Under the pieces are notes generated by a model. The model was given only the letters and a program-made list of their open reading frames with translations. It ran no database searches and was not told the DNA's origin. Below, piece by piece: positions 1 through 9,574 of a stretch of DNA of 64,000 nt; the first letter of the stretch is position 1; every line of letters starts with the position of its first letter. The translations under genes were made by a program, and so were the position numbers. This stretch comes from a virus: positions 1 to 64,000 of IMG/VR virus record IMGVR_UViG_3300044641_001047. One strand, written 5' to 3'.

Positions 1-62
1 GTTGTGAACATTTAAAGGGTCAAGTCATGGAACTTGATTGGACTAAAATTTATATTGACTAA
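1..62 (+). CDS. 3' end of an upstream gene (partial), probably the AAA/Sak4-like ATPase of the crAss replication block
   Basis: Frame from base 3 reads CEHLKGQVMELDWTKIYID-stop (TAA 60-62), resembling the C-terminus of crAss-like AAA ATPases that precede ssb/primase. Only ~19 codons are visible. Confidence 0.45.
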   Translation, partial: CEHLKGQVMELDWTKIYID

Positions 63-76
63 ACACATTAAATCAA

Positions 77-427
77 ATGGCAATTGAAGCTACCGTTGCA
101 CAAGATGTTGCAACACAACCAACCACAGTAATTACTGTATCATCAGTTCTTGGAGATTTGAATAACGGCCTAGACAGAGCCGCTATTGCTAAGAAGTATA
201 ACTTATCAGCAGCAGAAGTTGCAGAGGTATTCAAGCACCCAAAGCTCAAAGGTCTACGTGCTCGTCGTAAGATTACACGTATCTCTATTGTAGATGACAC
301 AGTAGAAAATCCAGTAACAATCCCAACCATTCAACCAGTTACAGAAGGTAACCAGTTGGAGGTGGTTACAAATCCTAACCAACTCGACCTGCTTGATTTG
401 ATTGTTGATGCAGAAGCAGAGATGTGA
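77..427 (+). CDS. Hypothetical protein with HTH-like segment (possible DNA-binding protein)
   Basis: 116 aa with A-rich start context. DRAAIAKKYNLSAAEVAEVF looks like a helix-turn-helix, followed by a basic patch. Confidence 0.6.
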   Translation: MAIEATVAQDVATQPTTVITVSSVLGDLNNGLDRAAIAKKYNLSAAEVAEVFKHPKLKGLRARRKITRISIVDDTVENPVTIPTIQPVTEGNQLEVVTNPNQLDLLDLIVDAEAEM

Positions 428-478
428 AGGGAAAGGGACATAGTTTATAAAATGTTTTACCGTTAAAAATTATTAAAA

Positions 479-1243
479 ATGGCTATTCAATCGAATAATT
501 CAGAAGAAGTTGTAGCAGGTGGTGGTATAACCCTATATACAGGTATTGCCCCAGTATCAGTAGTTGCAGTTAATCCTAGCTTAGATGAGCTCTCAGATCT
601 AGGTATTAATCTCAGAAACGAACCAGAGTATAAGGTGACTCTTAACGAAGAGGACTATAATAAGCTAGTATTCTGGCTTAAGTCTGACGTTCCTGGTCTA
701 TCTTTTACTACAAGATTTGAGATCCTCATGCAGTCTAAGCATCGTGCATCTAAGGATGGAAGCAAGTTCATGTGGGCTAACAACATTGGTCAGACTACAT
801 GGAGTGCAGACGTTCCTGCCTATGACTGGTGGAAGAATAAAGATAAAACCAGAAAAGCTTATGTTGGTGAGGATACTTTGATTAACTTTGCTAAAGCTTG
901 GGCTAACGTGGCTAATGGTGGAGAGGTATCATTTGATACTATCGATGCTATTGCTCAGGGAGATGTAAGAGAGTTGCAAGAGTATGTTAAGGTACTCAGT
1001 GCTAACAAATTACGTGTCCTTGTAGGTGTTAAAGATGGCAAGTATCAAGCTGTCTATAACCGTCACTTCGGTCGTCTCAAGCCAATGAGAGATGACATGT
1101 TTATCAAGGCCTTGAATGAGGACTATGGTTCCTTCAATGCTGAGTATAACAAGGATCTCAAACTACAGGTTTATTCCCCAACTATGATTGTGGCTGACCC
1201 TGTAACTGCAGCAGCTGAATCAGCTGATGCTTGGGATGTATAA
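479..1243 (+). CDS. Putative single-stranded DNA-binding / annealing protein
   Basis: 254 aa, directly upstream of primase. Acidic-aromatic C-terminal tail (AESADAWDV) is typical of phage SSBs. Followed by a terminator. Confidence 0.6.
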   Translation: MAIQSNNSEEVVAGGGITLYTGIAPVSVVAVNPSLDELSDLGINLRNEPEYKVTLNEEDYNKLVFWLKSDVPGLSFTTRFEILMQSKHRASKDGSKFMWANNIGQTTWSADVPAYDWWKNKDKTRKAYVGEDTLINFAKAWANVANGGEVSFDTIDAIAQGDVRELQEYVKVLSANKLRVLVGVKDGKYQAVYNRHFGRLKPMRDDMFIKALNEDYGSFNAEYNKDLKLQVYSPTMIVADPVTAAAESADAWDV

Positions 1244-1293
1244 TGTGTTTGTGTTTGTTTATTGTGTATATTGTTATTGTTTTGATTAAGAGA

Positions 1294-1330
1294 GAAGATA
1301 GGGGGCTAACGAGCCCCCTTCTTTATTTTT
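1294..1330 (+). terminator. Rho-independent terminator after ssb-like gene
   Basis: GGGGGCT-AACG-AGCCCCC hairpin (1301-1318) followed by TTCTTTATTTTT. Confidence 0.85.
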
Positions 1331-1333
1331 GTA
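1324..1333 (+). promoter_or_regulatory. Bacteroidota-type -7 promoter element upstream of primase
   Basis: TATTTTTGTA, 3 nt before ATG 1337. Matches TAnnTTTG and overlaps the terminator T-tract. Confidence 0.5.
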
Positions 1334-1336
1334 ACT

Positions 1337-2320
1337 ATGATTCAGATAAGGAACAGCGATGCTTACTTGGATAAGGACTCTGTTCTCTGTAAGATTTCAG
1401 AGTACGACATCTTTAAGTTCTATTGTCACAACTTTAAGAAGAACGGTGACAAGTTTTGTAGTGAACTCAGACAAGATAGATCCCCAACTTGCTCGATAAT
1501 CCAGTACAATGGTAAGCTATTGTATAAGGACTTCGGTAATGGGGAGAGCCATGATTGTTTTAGTTACGTGCAACGTAAGTATAATCTGACATTTATAGAA
1601 GCACTTAAGGTAATAGATGCTGACTTTGGGCTAGGACTCCACATGGGGACTGTGACTAAGGCTGAGATGGCTATTACCTATGGGGATCAAGTTATTGAGG
1701 AAAGAAAGCCCACGGTGCTTACTAAACGTAGTAGAAGGTGGACTGAAGAAGATGTTAAATTCTGGGGTAAGTTTGGGATAGACTTAGAGTTATTGACTAA
1801 ATTTGCTGTAGAGCCGATCGATTACTTTTGGATCAATGAGGTTCGGTATAGCTGCCACACTCTGGCTTATGCATATAATATCAACGGGAGATATAAGATC
1901 TACAGACCGTTGGAAACAGAGGGTAAGTGGTTCAGTAATACTACTAAAAATGATATCCAAGGCTATGGCCAATTGAAAGACAGTGGAGACATTGTCTTTC
2001 TTGCTTCATCACTAAAGGATGTTATGACCTTGAATGCTCTGGGATTCGAGGGAGTAGCAATGCAGAGTGAGATGCAGATGCCTAGTCAGAAGTTTATTGA
2101 TCATCTCAAGACGAGATTTGACTTAGTGGTTGTGCTGTATGATAATGACTTCAATTCTGATACAAATCCAGGCCAGACTATGGCTAATAAGATTTGCAAT
2201 TCGTATCAGTTAATCAACGTCATCATCCCAGCTCATTATAAATCTAAGGATATATCAGATCTTGTTAGAGATCATGGAAAAGATTGTGCAAAAAGAATAA
2301 TTAACATTCAACTACCGTAA
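1337..2320 (+). CDS. DNA primase (DnaG-like, N-terminal zinc-binding-like domain plus TOPRIM)
   Basis: FCSELRQDRSPTCSI..LYKDFG N-terminal domain; TOPRIM-like SSLKDVM and VLYDND motifs; C-terminal KDISD. Confidence 0.85.
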   Translation: MIQIRNSDAYLDKDSVLCKISEYDIFKFYCHNFKKNGDKFCSELRQDRSPTCSIIQYNGKLLYKDFGNGESHDCFSYVQRKYNLTFIEALKVIDADFGLGLHMGTVTKAEMAITYGDQVIEERKPTVLTKRSRRWTEEDVKFWGKFGIDLELLTKFAVEPIDYFWINEVRYSCHTLAYAYNINGRYKIYRPLETEGKWFSNTTKNDIQGYGQLKDSGDIVFLASSLKDVMTLNALGFEGVAMQSEMQMPSQKFIDHLKTRFDLVVVLYDNDFNSDTNPGQTMANKICNSYQLINVIIPAHYKSKDISDLVRDHGKDCAKRIINIQLP

Positions 2321-2548
2321 ATGACTGATTCTAAATACTATACAGACCCAGAGACTAGGGAGAAGATTGACACTATACTAAAAAATTGTGCAAATCTGTT
2401 CAGTAACCTAGGTACTTACACTACTTTTGATGTACAAGACATCAGAATTGCAAAACAACTAGAACGAAAATGGCTAAACGAAATACAAGAACTAGATCCA
2501 ATACTGTTCGAAAAGCTGGTCCCAAGAAAGGAAGCCGCGGAAAAATAA
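2321..2548 (+). CDS. Hypothetical protein
   Basis: 75-aa ORF starting immediately after the primase stop (TAA-ATG). Confidence 0.55.
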   Translation: MTDSKYYTDPETREKIDTILKNCANLFSNLGTYTTFDVQDIRIAKQLERKWLNEIQELDPILFEKLVPRKEAAEK

Positions 2549-2964
2549 AGGCTACTCAAAAGGTAGTAGACGGCATACAGTTTAAGTCAATGTTGGAGGT
2601 GTTTACGTATCGTAAGCTATTAGAGTTTGAGTTAAGATTCGAGTACGAACAAAAGAAGTTCGTCATTATGCAAGGGTTTGAGTATCCTGAGTGTTCTTGG
2701 GAGACTAAGCCTAGTGGGGACTATGAGGATAAGGGCCATGGAAAGGTTCGAGATATCACATATACCCCAGACTTTATTGGGTATGATGCAAAGGGGAAGA
2801 TTAAGTGGGTCATTGAGTGTAAAGGATTTGCCAACGATAGATTCCCCAATACATGGAAACTATTCAAGCAGACTCTAATACGAGAAGGAACACCAGTCCC
2901 CTTGTATCTCCCTAAAAATCAGAAGCAGGTCTTGGAGTCAATCGAAAAGATACTAGCTTTATAA
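2470..2964 (+). CDS. PD-(D/E)XK endonuclease, T7 endonuclease I / Holliday junction resolvase-like
   Basis: DGIQFKSMLE, FEYE, ITYTPDF and IECKG motifs. Confidence 0.85.
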   Translation: MAKRNTRTRSNTVRKAGPKKGSRGKIKATQKVVDGIQFKSMLEVFTYRKLLEFELRFEYEQKKFVIMQGFEYPECSWETKPSGDYEDKGHGKVRDITYTPDFIGYDAKGKIKWVIECKGFANDRFPNTWKLFKQTLIREGTPVPLYLPKNQKQVLESIEKILAL

Positions 2965-2982
2965 TCAACTATTTAACTAACT

Positions 2983-3015
2983 AAAGGTCTGGAGAAATCT
3001 GGGCCTTTTTTATTT
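2983..3015 (+). terminator. Rho-independent terminator
   Basis: AAAGGTCTGGA-GAAA-TCTGGGCCTTT hairpin with GNRA loop, followed by a T-run. Confidence 0.8.
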
Positions 3016-3022
3016 TATCCTA

Positions 3023-5809
3023 ATGAGTATAAAAACTATTGAAGACAACTACATTGGGATGGATAAGGGTGTGGCTAAGAGGATTAACAAGGGAGCTGAG
3101 AAGCTCGTCTTTGATATCCTACAGGCTACTCAGTATTCCACCCCTATCCCTTCAACCGTCAGAGAGCTGGTAACAAATGCCTGCGATGCTCAACGAGAGA
3201 AGGAGATTGCTATTGAGATTCTTACTGGGGTTAAACAAGCATCAGACTACTACATAACCAGAGATGGGGAGCAGTATTCTGATTCTAACTTTGACCCTAG
3301 CTACTATTCTATCTCTAACCTTGATATTGTACGTAATCATATCGAGATAACTTATCAGCACAATGATGGCATTGGCTATTGTGATAAGCTATCTATCAAA
3401 GACTATGGTGTAGGTATCGGGGCTAAAAGATTAGAAGGTATCCTTGAGCTAGGCTATTCTACTAAACGTAACACAAGTCAGAACTTCGGTGCTTTTGGCT
3501 TGGGTGCTAAGGTAGCACTGTCAACTGGTGTAGACTTCTATACTATTGAGACGGTGTACAATGGTAAAAGATTCAAGGCTAATTGTTTTAACTATAAGAC
3601 TGACTTCATCATCCCGAAGTTCAATCTTACGACAGGCCAGATTAACCCATCAATTACTTTGTCTGATGGATCTACAGTATATTATGAGGATACTACTGAT
3701 CTTAACTGGACTGAGGTAAGCTTTGGTGTTAAGTCCCACAACTCAGCTAGATTCAATGAGGCTATAGAAGAGCAGCTCAACTATCTTGACAATGTTCGTT
3801 TCTATGTAGAAATGAATGGTCACAAGATGGAACAGAAGATTAAGAGTGAGATCATCTATAACTCTAAGAACCTAATTGTCTCTACTAATAACTATTTGAG
3901 AAAACCTCATATCGTTATTGTAAAGGAAGAGGGAGCTGAGACTGGGATTAACTATGGCTATGTAGACTTTAGAGAGTTAGAGATGCAGGATCTGTATGGT
4001 CCTGTAGGCTTGAAGTGTCCAATTAAACAGTCCTACATTGATGAGGAAGGGCAAGAAGTAATCATTCAGGATGGTGTCGAGGTAACTCCATCACGAGAGA
4101 AGGTTATCTGGAGTGATTCGACTAAGGCTTTTATTCAGAAGCTTATCGATGCAGCTGCAGATGAGGTAACCGAACTCGTGGAGAAAGAGTTATTAGAGAC
4201 AGACTTCCTTAAATGGTTAGATACTTGCAGACAAATCATTGGTGGTAAGACAGGAAGTAAATATTCAGATGATCCAAGTGAAAGAACCCTTGCAATATTA
4301 TCAAACATCATTGATACTAAGTCGATCAAGCCTAAGTATTCTCCTAATCCGACTATTAAATTTACTAGCATTCCATCAACTCTTAATGGTTTTAGCTTAA
4401 AAATTCATAATAAGAAGATTAATAGAACTAGTAAGTCTACTGGATTAGTTACGGAGTTTGAGTATACCTCAGATAAGATAGACCACTGGGAACAGATCGG
4501 GGATAGGAAAGTATTCTATCGTACAGGTAATGCTAATAAGTACAAGGACTTCTACTTATATCAGAATTATGGTCCATTTGTAACTATTAAGAGGACTAGT
4601 CTTAGTTACTTACAGGATCATATGGATAGTCCTGGTATACCTGATACAGATATAGCTCATTACCAAGCAGAGTATACTAGGAAGAAGTCTAATCAAGATT
4701 TGATAGAGCCGTTGATCAAAGCATCAGAACTTTATGAGAGTTATGATGACATTGTTCTTCCTGATGATATCAAAGCTCAATTTGATGGGGCTGAAGCTAG
4801 TGCTTCAATTGTTAGTACTGGAGATCTAACTCCAGAGGAAAGACGTAAGCTTAACTCTCAGATTGTAGGTTATACTCTTCGTCCTGATAACAGTAGAAAT
4901 GCTGGTAATTCTTACAAGGATTTCATATGGGATAAGGTAGAGCCAACTCTCAACACAGTAATCAAGAGTCAAATTCCGACTTACTATGGTACTGACGAAG
5001 ATGCTGAGAAGTTGAAGATGGCTGCTGCTATTCTTAGTAAGTTTAATCCTGCTTTCACTAAGATATACAATCATAATTCGTGGTTACCTTATGGTGAGTA
5101 TAATGACACTGTATATTACTTTGATGTCTTACCTAGTAGATTCTTAAGGAATATCCCTACTCTAAAGGTTCCATTTGATAGTCTTAAGGAGCATACTCAG
5201 ATTCTAAAACTTAGTGAAGCTAATACTAAACATGTAAGAGATCTGGATAATTACAAACACATCGATGAGTTCTTTAGAACTGTAGATGCTGAGGGTAATT
5301 ATACTTGTCACCCAGCTGTTAATATGCTTGCTAATTATTACTGGGCTGATCAGTTCCCAATCTGGCAGAGCTTTACTTCATTCGATGAGTGCTTTCAACT
5401 TGACTTTATAGATGAGAGGTATAATAAGATTCATTCTTATCTTCTAGACATCTATAAGAAGTTTGACTCTATTGTATTTACAAAGACTAATCCTGAAGAT
5501 TTGCTTGTAGATCTAAAGAGTGACCTTACTAATCTTACTGCTTTTGAATTGTTTTCTGCAGCTGACATATCTGATGATATGAGGGCTGAGTTATCTGCTA
5601 AGTTCTTTGTGTTGTCTGATATCCCAGGAGTAAAAGTCTTGGATCATAAATTTATGGAGGTTATGAGATTTGCTGATGAGTTCACTAAGGACACCAGAGA
5701 TCTTCTTCCACATTTAAGTTTCTATGGCAAACCTCATACACACGAGCAGATAAAAATCTATCTGAAAACCTTACAGGTATTGGAAATTCCTATCCCTGAG
5801 CTCAATTAA
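3023..5809 (+). CDS. rIIA: RIIA-like protein (N-terminal GHKL/Hsp90-type ATPase domain)
   Basis: YSTPIPSTVRELVTNACDA, IKDYGVGI, YSTKRNT..GAFGLGAK GHKL motifs and TPSREKVIW. 928 aa, adjacent to an rIIB-like gene. Confidence 0.85.
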   Translation: MSIKTIEDNYIGMDKGVAKRINKGAEKLVFDILQATQYSTPIPSTVRELVTNACDAQREKEIAIEILTGVKQASDYYITRDGEQYSDSNFDPSYYSISNLDIVRNHIEITYQHNDGIGYCDKLSIKDYGVGIGAKRLEGILELGYSTKRNTSQNFGAFGLGAKVALSTGVDFYTIETVYNGKRFKANCFNYKTDFIIPKFNLTTGQINPSITLSDGSTVYYEDTTDLNWTEVSFGVKSHNSARFNEAIEEQLNYLDNVRFYVEMNGHKMEQKIKSEIIYNSKNLIVSTNNYLRKPHIVIVKEEGAETGINYGYVDFRELEMQDLYGPVGLKCPIKQSYIDEEGQEVIIQDGVEVTPSREKVIWSDSTKAFIQKLIDAAADEVTELVEKELLETDFLKWLDTCRQIIGGKTGSKYSDDPSERTLAILSNIIDTKSIKPKYSPNPTIKFTSIPSTLNGFSLKIHNKKINRTSKSTGLVTEFEYTSDKIDHWEQIGDRKVFYRTGNANKYKDFYLYQNYGPFVTIKRTSLSYLQDHMDSPGIPDTDIAHYQAEYTRKKSNQDLIEPLIKASELYESYDDIVLPDDIKAQFDGAEASASIVSTGDLTPEERRKLNSQIVGYTLRPDNSRNAGNSYKDFIWDKVEPTLNTVIKSQIPTYYGTDEDAEKLKMAAAILSKFNPAFTKIYNHNSWLPYGEYNDTVYYFDVLPSRFLRNIPTLKVPFDSLKEHTQILKLSEANTKHVRDLDNYKHIDEFFRTVDAEGNYTCHPAVNMLANYYWADQFPIWQSFTSFDECFQLDFIDERYNKIHSYLLDIYKKFDSIVFTKTNPEDLLVDLKSDLTNLTAFELFSAADISDDMRAELSAKFFVLSDIPGVKVLDHKFMEVMRFADEFTKDTRDLLPHLSFYGKPHTHEQIKIYLKTLQVLEIPIPELN

Positions 5810-5838
5810 TTTCGTATCTTTATAGTAAATAATTAAAC

Positions 5839-7008
5839 ATGATTTATATCAATGTAATTGACGACAGGATCTGCGGATCCTATGGAGACACTCCGTTCTC
5901 TGTTCAGTATAGCCCTGAACTGTATGAGAAACTGAGTAAACTTTCTGAACTTGCTAATGATGCTACCACATTTGAGGAGTATCAAAAGTTTCTTGATGAG
6001 TTCGGACTGAACACCCAGGAGGATTATGCCACTCTTATCATGGATAAGTGTGACTTTATCTTCGTAAACAAAGCTACTGGGGAGTTCTTTCTAGAACATG
6101 GAGGAACTGTGTCTACTATTCCAATGCCTGAGGCTTTGGTAGAAAGAATCTATGAGTCCATTGACAGAGGGATTGATTTTACCCCACTAGTTAAGATGTG
6201 GACTAGATGGCTTCGTAACCCTATCCTCAGAAAGAAGATGAAGGATGGAAGAGGTAAGGAATTCTCTGAGAGATTCTTCAACTTTGTAAATCTTAAGTAT
6301 GTACACCCTGTACTATTTAAGAAGTATACAGAGGAGATGGGCTTCTCTGATGAGAAGGCTATCGATGCTGCTACTATGTATCAGATGAAGATTACTAAAG
6401 AGGGTCTCTTGAATGGTTACAAAGTATCCAGAGAGATTCTACATAAGTACAACCCTGAGACTGGGCAAGTTGAAGATCGTTACAAGAGAACTTTTAATGT
6501 AGATACTGGTGAGATTGTATCAGAAGGATTGCCAGATCTAGTTGAGGAGAGATTGTTCGAGCCAGCAGTTATGGGGAGTGGTGGAGATGCATTCTATTGT
6601 GAAGGAGGAAATGGTTATGGAGCTCCAGGCCACTTCATCAAGGTAGGTTGTGTACATCGTCTCGATTCTTGGGATAAAGTAAACACTAATGATCATCTAT
6701 CTTGTGTTCCAGGTTTGCACATCGGAGGGTTGAAGTATATCTCTGGATACTGCGGTGAGATTCACAACGTGTTTGTTGACCCAATGCACATCGGTGCTAT
6801 TCCTGATGATGAGACTGGTGCTATTCGATGTTTACAGTATTTCGTTCATTCATCTCTTGTAGGTGTTAATGGTGCTATCTATCACTCTTCTACTTATGCA
6901 GCTATGACAGATGCTGAGTGGGATAAGATGAGAGAAGAAGCTGTTGCTCTATCTATGGAGCAGGTAAAGAAACTTCAAGCAGAACAGGATGAACTAAATT
7001 CATTATAA
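5839..7008 (+). CDS. rIIB: RIIB-like protein
   Basis: PLVKMWTRWLRNP, ITKEGLLNGYK, CVPGLHIG..Y and VDPMHIGAIP are rIIB-family motifs. Follows rIIA. Confidence 0.82.
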   Translation: MIYINVIDDRICGSYGDTPFSVQYSPELYEKLSKLSELANDATTFEEYQKFLDEFGLNTQEDYATLIMDKCDFIFVNKATGEFFLEHGGTVSTIPMPEALVERIYESIDRGIDFTPLVKMWTRWLRNPILRKKMKDGRGKEFSERFFNFVNLKYVHPVLFKKYTEEMGFSDEKAIDAATMYQMKITKEGLLNGYKVSREILHKYNPETGQVEDRYKRTFNVDTGEIVSEGLPDLVEERLFEPAVMGSGGDAFYCEGGNGYGAPGHFIKVGCVHRLDSWDKVNTNDHLSCVPGLHIGGLKYISGYCGEIHNVFVDPMHIGAIPDDETGAIRCLQYFVHSSLVGVNGAIYHSSTYAAMTDAEWDKMREEAVALSMEQVKKLQAEQDELNSL

Positions 7009-7011
7009 GCT

Positions 7012-7827
7012 ATGATCGACCGTATAGACACAGAAGGACAAGAGAGTACGATTTGTCTAATTGACGGGGATAGCTTATTATATTACGAGATGGATAAGCC
7101 TACTCTGGAGGAAGGTCTGAAAGGACTGGACTCCAGAGTAGAGACTATCCTGACTAATTGTAATGCTAATGCTTACGTTGGTTTTCTAACAGGGAAGAGT
7201 GGATATAGATATCAAGTCTCCCCAACATATAAAGCTAACCGTAAGCATCGTCCCAAACCAATTATCTTCTATGCACTCAGAGAGTACTTGAAGCAGAGGT
7301 ATACATTCAAAGAGTTCGAAGGATTAGAAGCTGATGATCTCGTTGCTTACTATGGAGTAAACAACAATGATTGGAAAGTTGTAATCTGTTCTCCCGATAA
7401 GGATGTACTGCATCAGTGCATAGGCAAGCATTTTAATTATCAGAAAGTAGAGTTTGTGACAACTAGTGAAACAGATGCCGAGAAATTTTTATGGAAACAA
7501 GTCTTAATGGGGGATAGCACGGATAACATCCAAGGCATCCCAGGTGTAGGAATCAAGACGGCAGAGAATTGGCTGAAGGATCGTGAGAAAGAAATCGAAG
7601 GGTTTGTGTTGAGAAAATATGTAGAAAAGTTCGGTGTAGTTGAAGGCTTGGAACAGTTCTTCATTAACTTTCGACTGGTGTATCTCCTTAAGACTAAGGA
7701 CGACATACTACGAGAAGTTAAACTGGAACTACCTGAATTACAGTCTTTAATATGTATTAACTCTAAACCTGAAGAGAATGAGCCAACAGAATCAGCCCCT
7801 GAATCTCCCTCCTGGGAAACCTGGTAA
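7012..7827 (+). CDS. 5'-3' exonuclease / flap endonuclease (T7 gp6, PolA 5'-nuclease family)
   Basis: LIDGDSLLY, YKANR, LEADD, SPDKD and GDSTDNIQGIPGVGIKTA (H3TH) motifs. Confidence 0.92.
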   Translation: MIDRIDTEGQESTICLIDGDSLLYYEMDKPTLEEGLKGLDSRVETILTNCNANAYVGFLTGKSGYRYQVSPTYKANRKHRPKPIIFYALREYLKQRYTFKEFEGLEADDLVAYYGVNNNDWKVVICSPDKDVLHQCIGKHFNYQKVEFVTTSETDAEKFLWKQVLMGDSTDNIQGIPGVGIKTAENWLKDREKEIEGFVLRKYVEKFGVVEGLEQFFINFRLVYLLKTKDDILREVKLELPELQSLICINSKPEENEPTESAPESPSWETW

Positions 7828-8614
7828 ATCCTTTCTAACCATTGTCAATGCTAGAACAGTAAGACTGTCTGGTGATATAAAACAATTCAAGCCAATCTAT
7901 AATGACTCTGATGAGATCATTAAGCTAGAGGGAACAGAGTTGGATTACTATATCGGACAGGTTATTAGACCCAAGGTAAAAACTCCTTACAAGATTAATG
8001 TAATTCAGAAACTGACTGCAGGAGGAGATCCAAAGAATCCTGCACAAGGCTATGACTTATCTATTGCTAAGACAAACTTGTCCTCAATCTTTGCTGCTCC
8101 TTTATTAGGAGGTAACAGAGAGTTATTCTTGTGGGATAAGTATTTCATTAATGCTTTTGTAGAAACACCAGATGAGAAGAACATCATTGCAATGCTGTAC
8201 AGATTCTCAGGGGATGTTTTGTTCTTGAAGTTCGAAGCTGCACTATGTGCATTCAGAACATTTAAGTACAAGATTGATACTGACTCGAGTCATGTACTAT
8301 TTGTGTTTGAAGTTCCAGAGACATCACAAAGTGCCTATGAACACTTGATGAATAGTGAGTATTCTAAGATTGATGACTTCTTGAAGTTAAAGATTCTAGA
8401 TTACCACGGGTTTAATATGGATGGTCAGACTGCTAGAGTTCTATTCAAGTCTCAGATTCTAAAAGCTGAGCTTGAGGAGAAGCTAGACTGTACTATCCCT
8501 GCAGAGAATGAGCTGCACTCAGCACTTGATATGGTCCAAGAAAGATTTGATCCACAGTATTATTACACACCAAAATCAATTGTAGAAAGAAAGTCTAATG
8601 TCAAAAGTACTTGA
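7778..8614 (+). CDS. Conserved hypothetical phage protein
   Basis: 278-aa ORF overlapping both neighbours. No motif recognised. Confidence 0.65.
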   Translation: MSQQNQPLNLPPGKPGKSFLTIVNARTVRLSGDIKQFKPIYNDSDEIIKLEGTELDYYIGQVIRPKVKTPYKINVIQKLTAGGDPKNPAQGYDLSIAKTNLSSIFAAPLLGGNRELFLWDKYFINAFVETPDEKNIIAMLYRFSGDVLFLKFEAALCAFRTFKYKIDTDSSHVLFVFEVPETSQSAYEHLMNSEYSKIDDFLKLKILDYHGFNMDGQTARVLFKSQILKAELEEKLDCTIPAENELHSALDMVQERFDPQYYYTPKSIVERKSNVKST

Positions 8615-9359
8615 ACAATTAGGGGATTGGGCTCCAGTATACATGCAGGTTACTGAAGAGCTCGGTCTTGAATACGAAGTGCTCAAGTCAACTTTAAAAG
8701 CAGAAAGAGCCTCTAGGACTGTTTACCCAAGCAGTCCAGAGGTTCTTCGAGCTTTTGAGCTGACACAACTCAAAGATTTAAAAGCAGTCATCATTGGCCA
8801 AGATCCGTATCACAATGGAGCTGCAACAGGTCTAGCCTTCGGGGTTAGAGAAGGGTTTAAGATTAACCCAAGTCTTAGAGTTATTTATAAAGAGCTATGT
8901 TTGGAACACGGAGAAGAAGAACTACCTAACTTTGATTTCAGCTTAGAGAGCTGGGCCAAACAAGGTGTACTACTTCTCAATACAACATTAACTGTGGTAA
9001 AGGGTCATCCTAACTCTCATGAAAGTCTGTGGAGAGGCTTTGTAGATAAGATGGTAGGTAAGATGATCCAAGAAAAAGACAATGTTGTATTTCTCTTATG
9101 GGGTAAATATGCACAGAACAGATTCGATTCTTTAGTTAAATCTACGAATATGTACTATGGTAAATCCCATGTTGTAATTACTGCCCCACATCCTGCAGCT
9201 GAGGTATACGGAAGTATGAAAGCTGGATTTGTTGGGAGTAATTGTTTTATGAAAGCTAATGATAACCTTTCTTATCCTATTGATTGGGTAGGCTCATATG
9301 AACCTGAGCATCAACTGCCTCAAGATACATGGGATGGGGGACAAATACAAGAACCGTAA
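8598..9359 (+). CDS. ung: Uracil-DNA glycosylase (family 1)
   Basis: GQDPYH, GLAF, PSLR, WAKQGVLLLN, FLLWG and HPAA motifs. Confidence 0.95.
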   Translation: MSKVLEQLGDWAPVYMQVTEELGLEYEVLKSTLKAERASRTVYPSSPEVLRAFELTQLKDLKAVIIGQDPYHNGAATGLAFGVREGFKINPSLRVIYKELCLEHGEEELPNFDFSLESWAKQGVLLLNTTLTVVKGHPNSHESLWRGFVDKMVGKMIQEKDNVVFLLWGKYAQNRFDSLVKSTNMYYGKSHVVITAPHPAAEVYGSMKAGFVGSNCFMKANDNLSYPIDWVGSYEPEHQLPQDTWDGGQIQEP

Positions 9360-9574
9360 TGTCAAAGCAAACAGCAGTGGAGTGGTTAGAACTCGAATTA
9401 AAAAAACTACCTTTTGTAGATGTAGTTGAAGTCTTTCAAAAAGCCAAAGCAATGGAGAAGGAGCAGATTAATGAAGCCTTCTCTGATGGATTTCATTGTG
9501 GGTATGAAGGCATAGAAGATACAGAAGATTATTATTCTGAAAACTACGGAAATAAGCATGAATCAACCAAGTAA
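9359..9574 (+). CDS. Small hypothetical protein (KQTAVEWL-type family seen in Bacteroidota phages)
   Basis: Likely start is ATG 9359, overlapping the ung stop (TAATG). Reads MSKQTAVEWL...AKAMEKEQI. Confidence 0.65.
   Translation: MSKQTAVEWLELELKKLPFVDVVEVFQKAKAMEKEQINEAFSDGFHCGYEGIEDTEDYYSENYGNKHESTK

Noticed and set aside
9329-9358. Longer 81-aa start for the small ORF after ung
   Set aside because: ATG 9359 overlaps the ung stop (translational coupling) and yields the typical MSKQTAVEWL N-terminus
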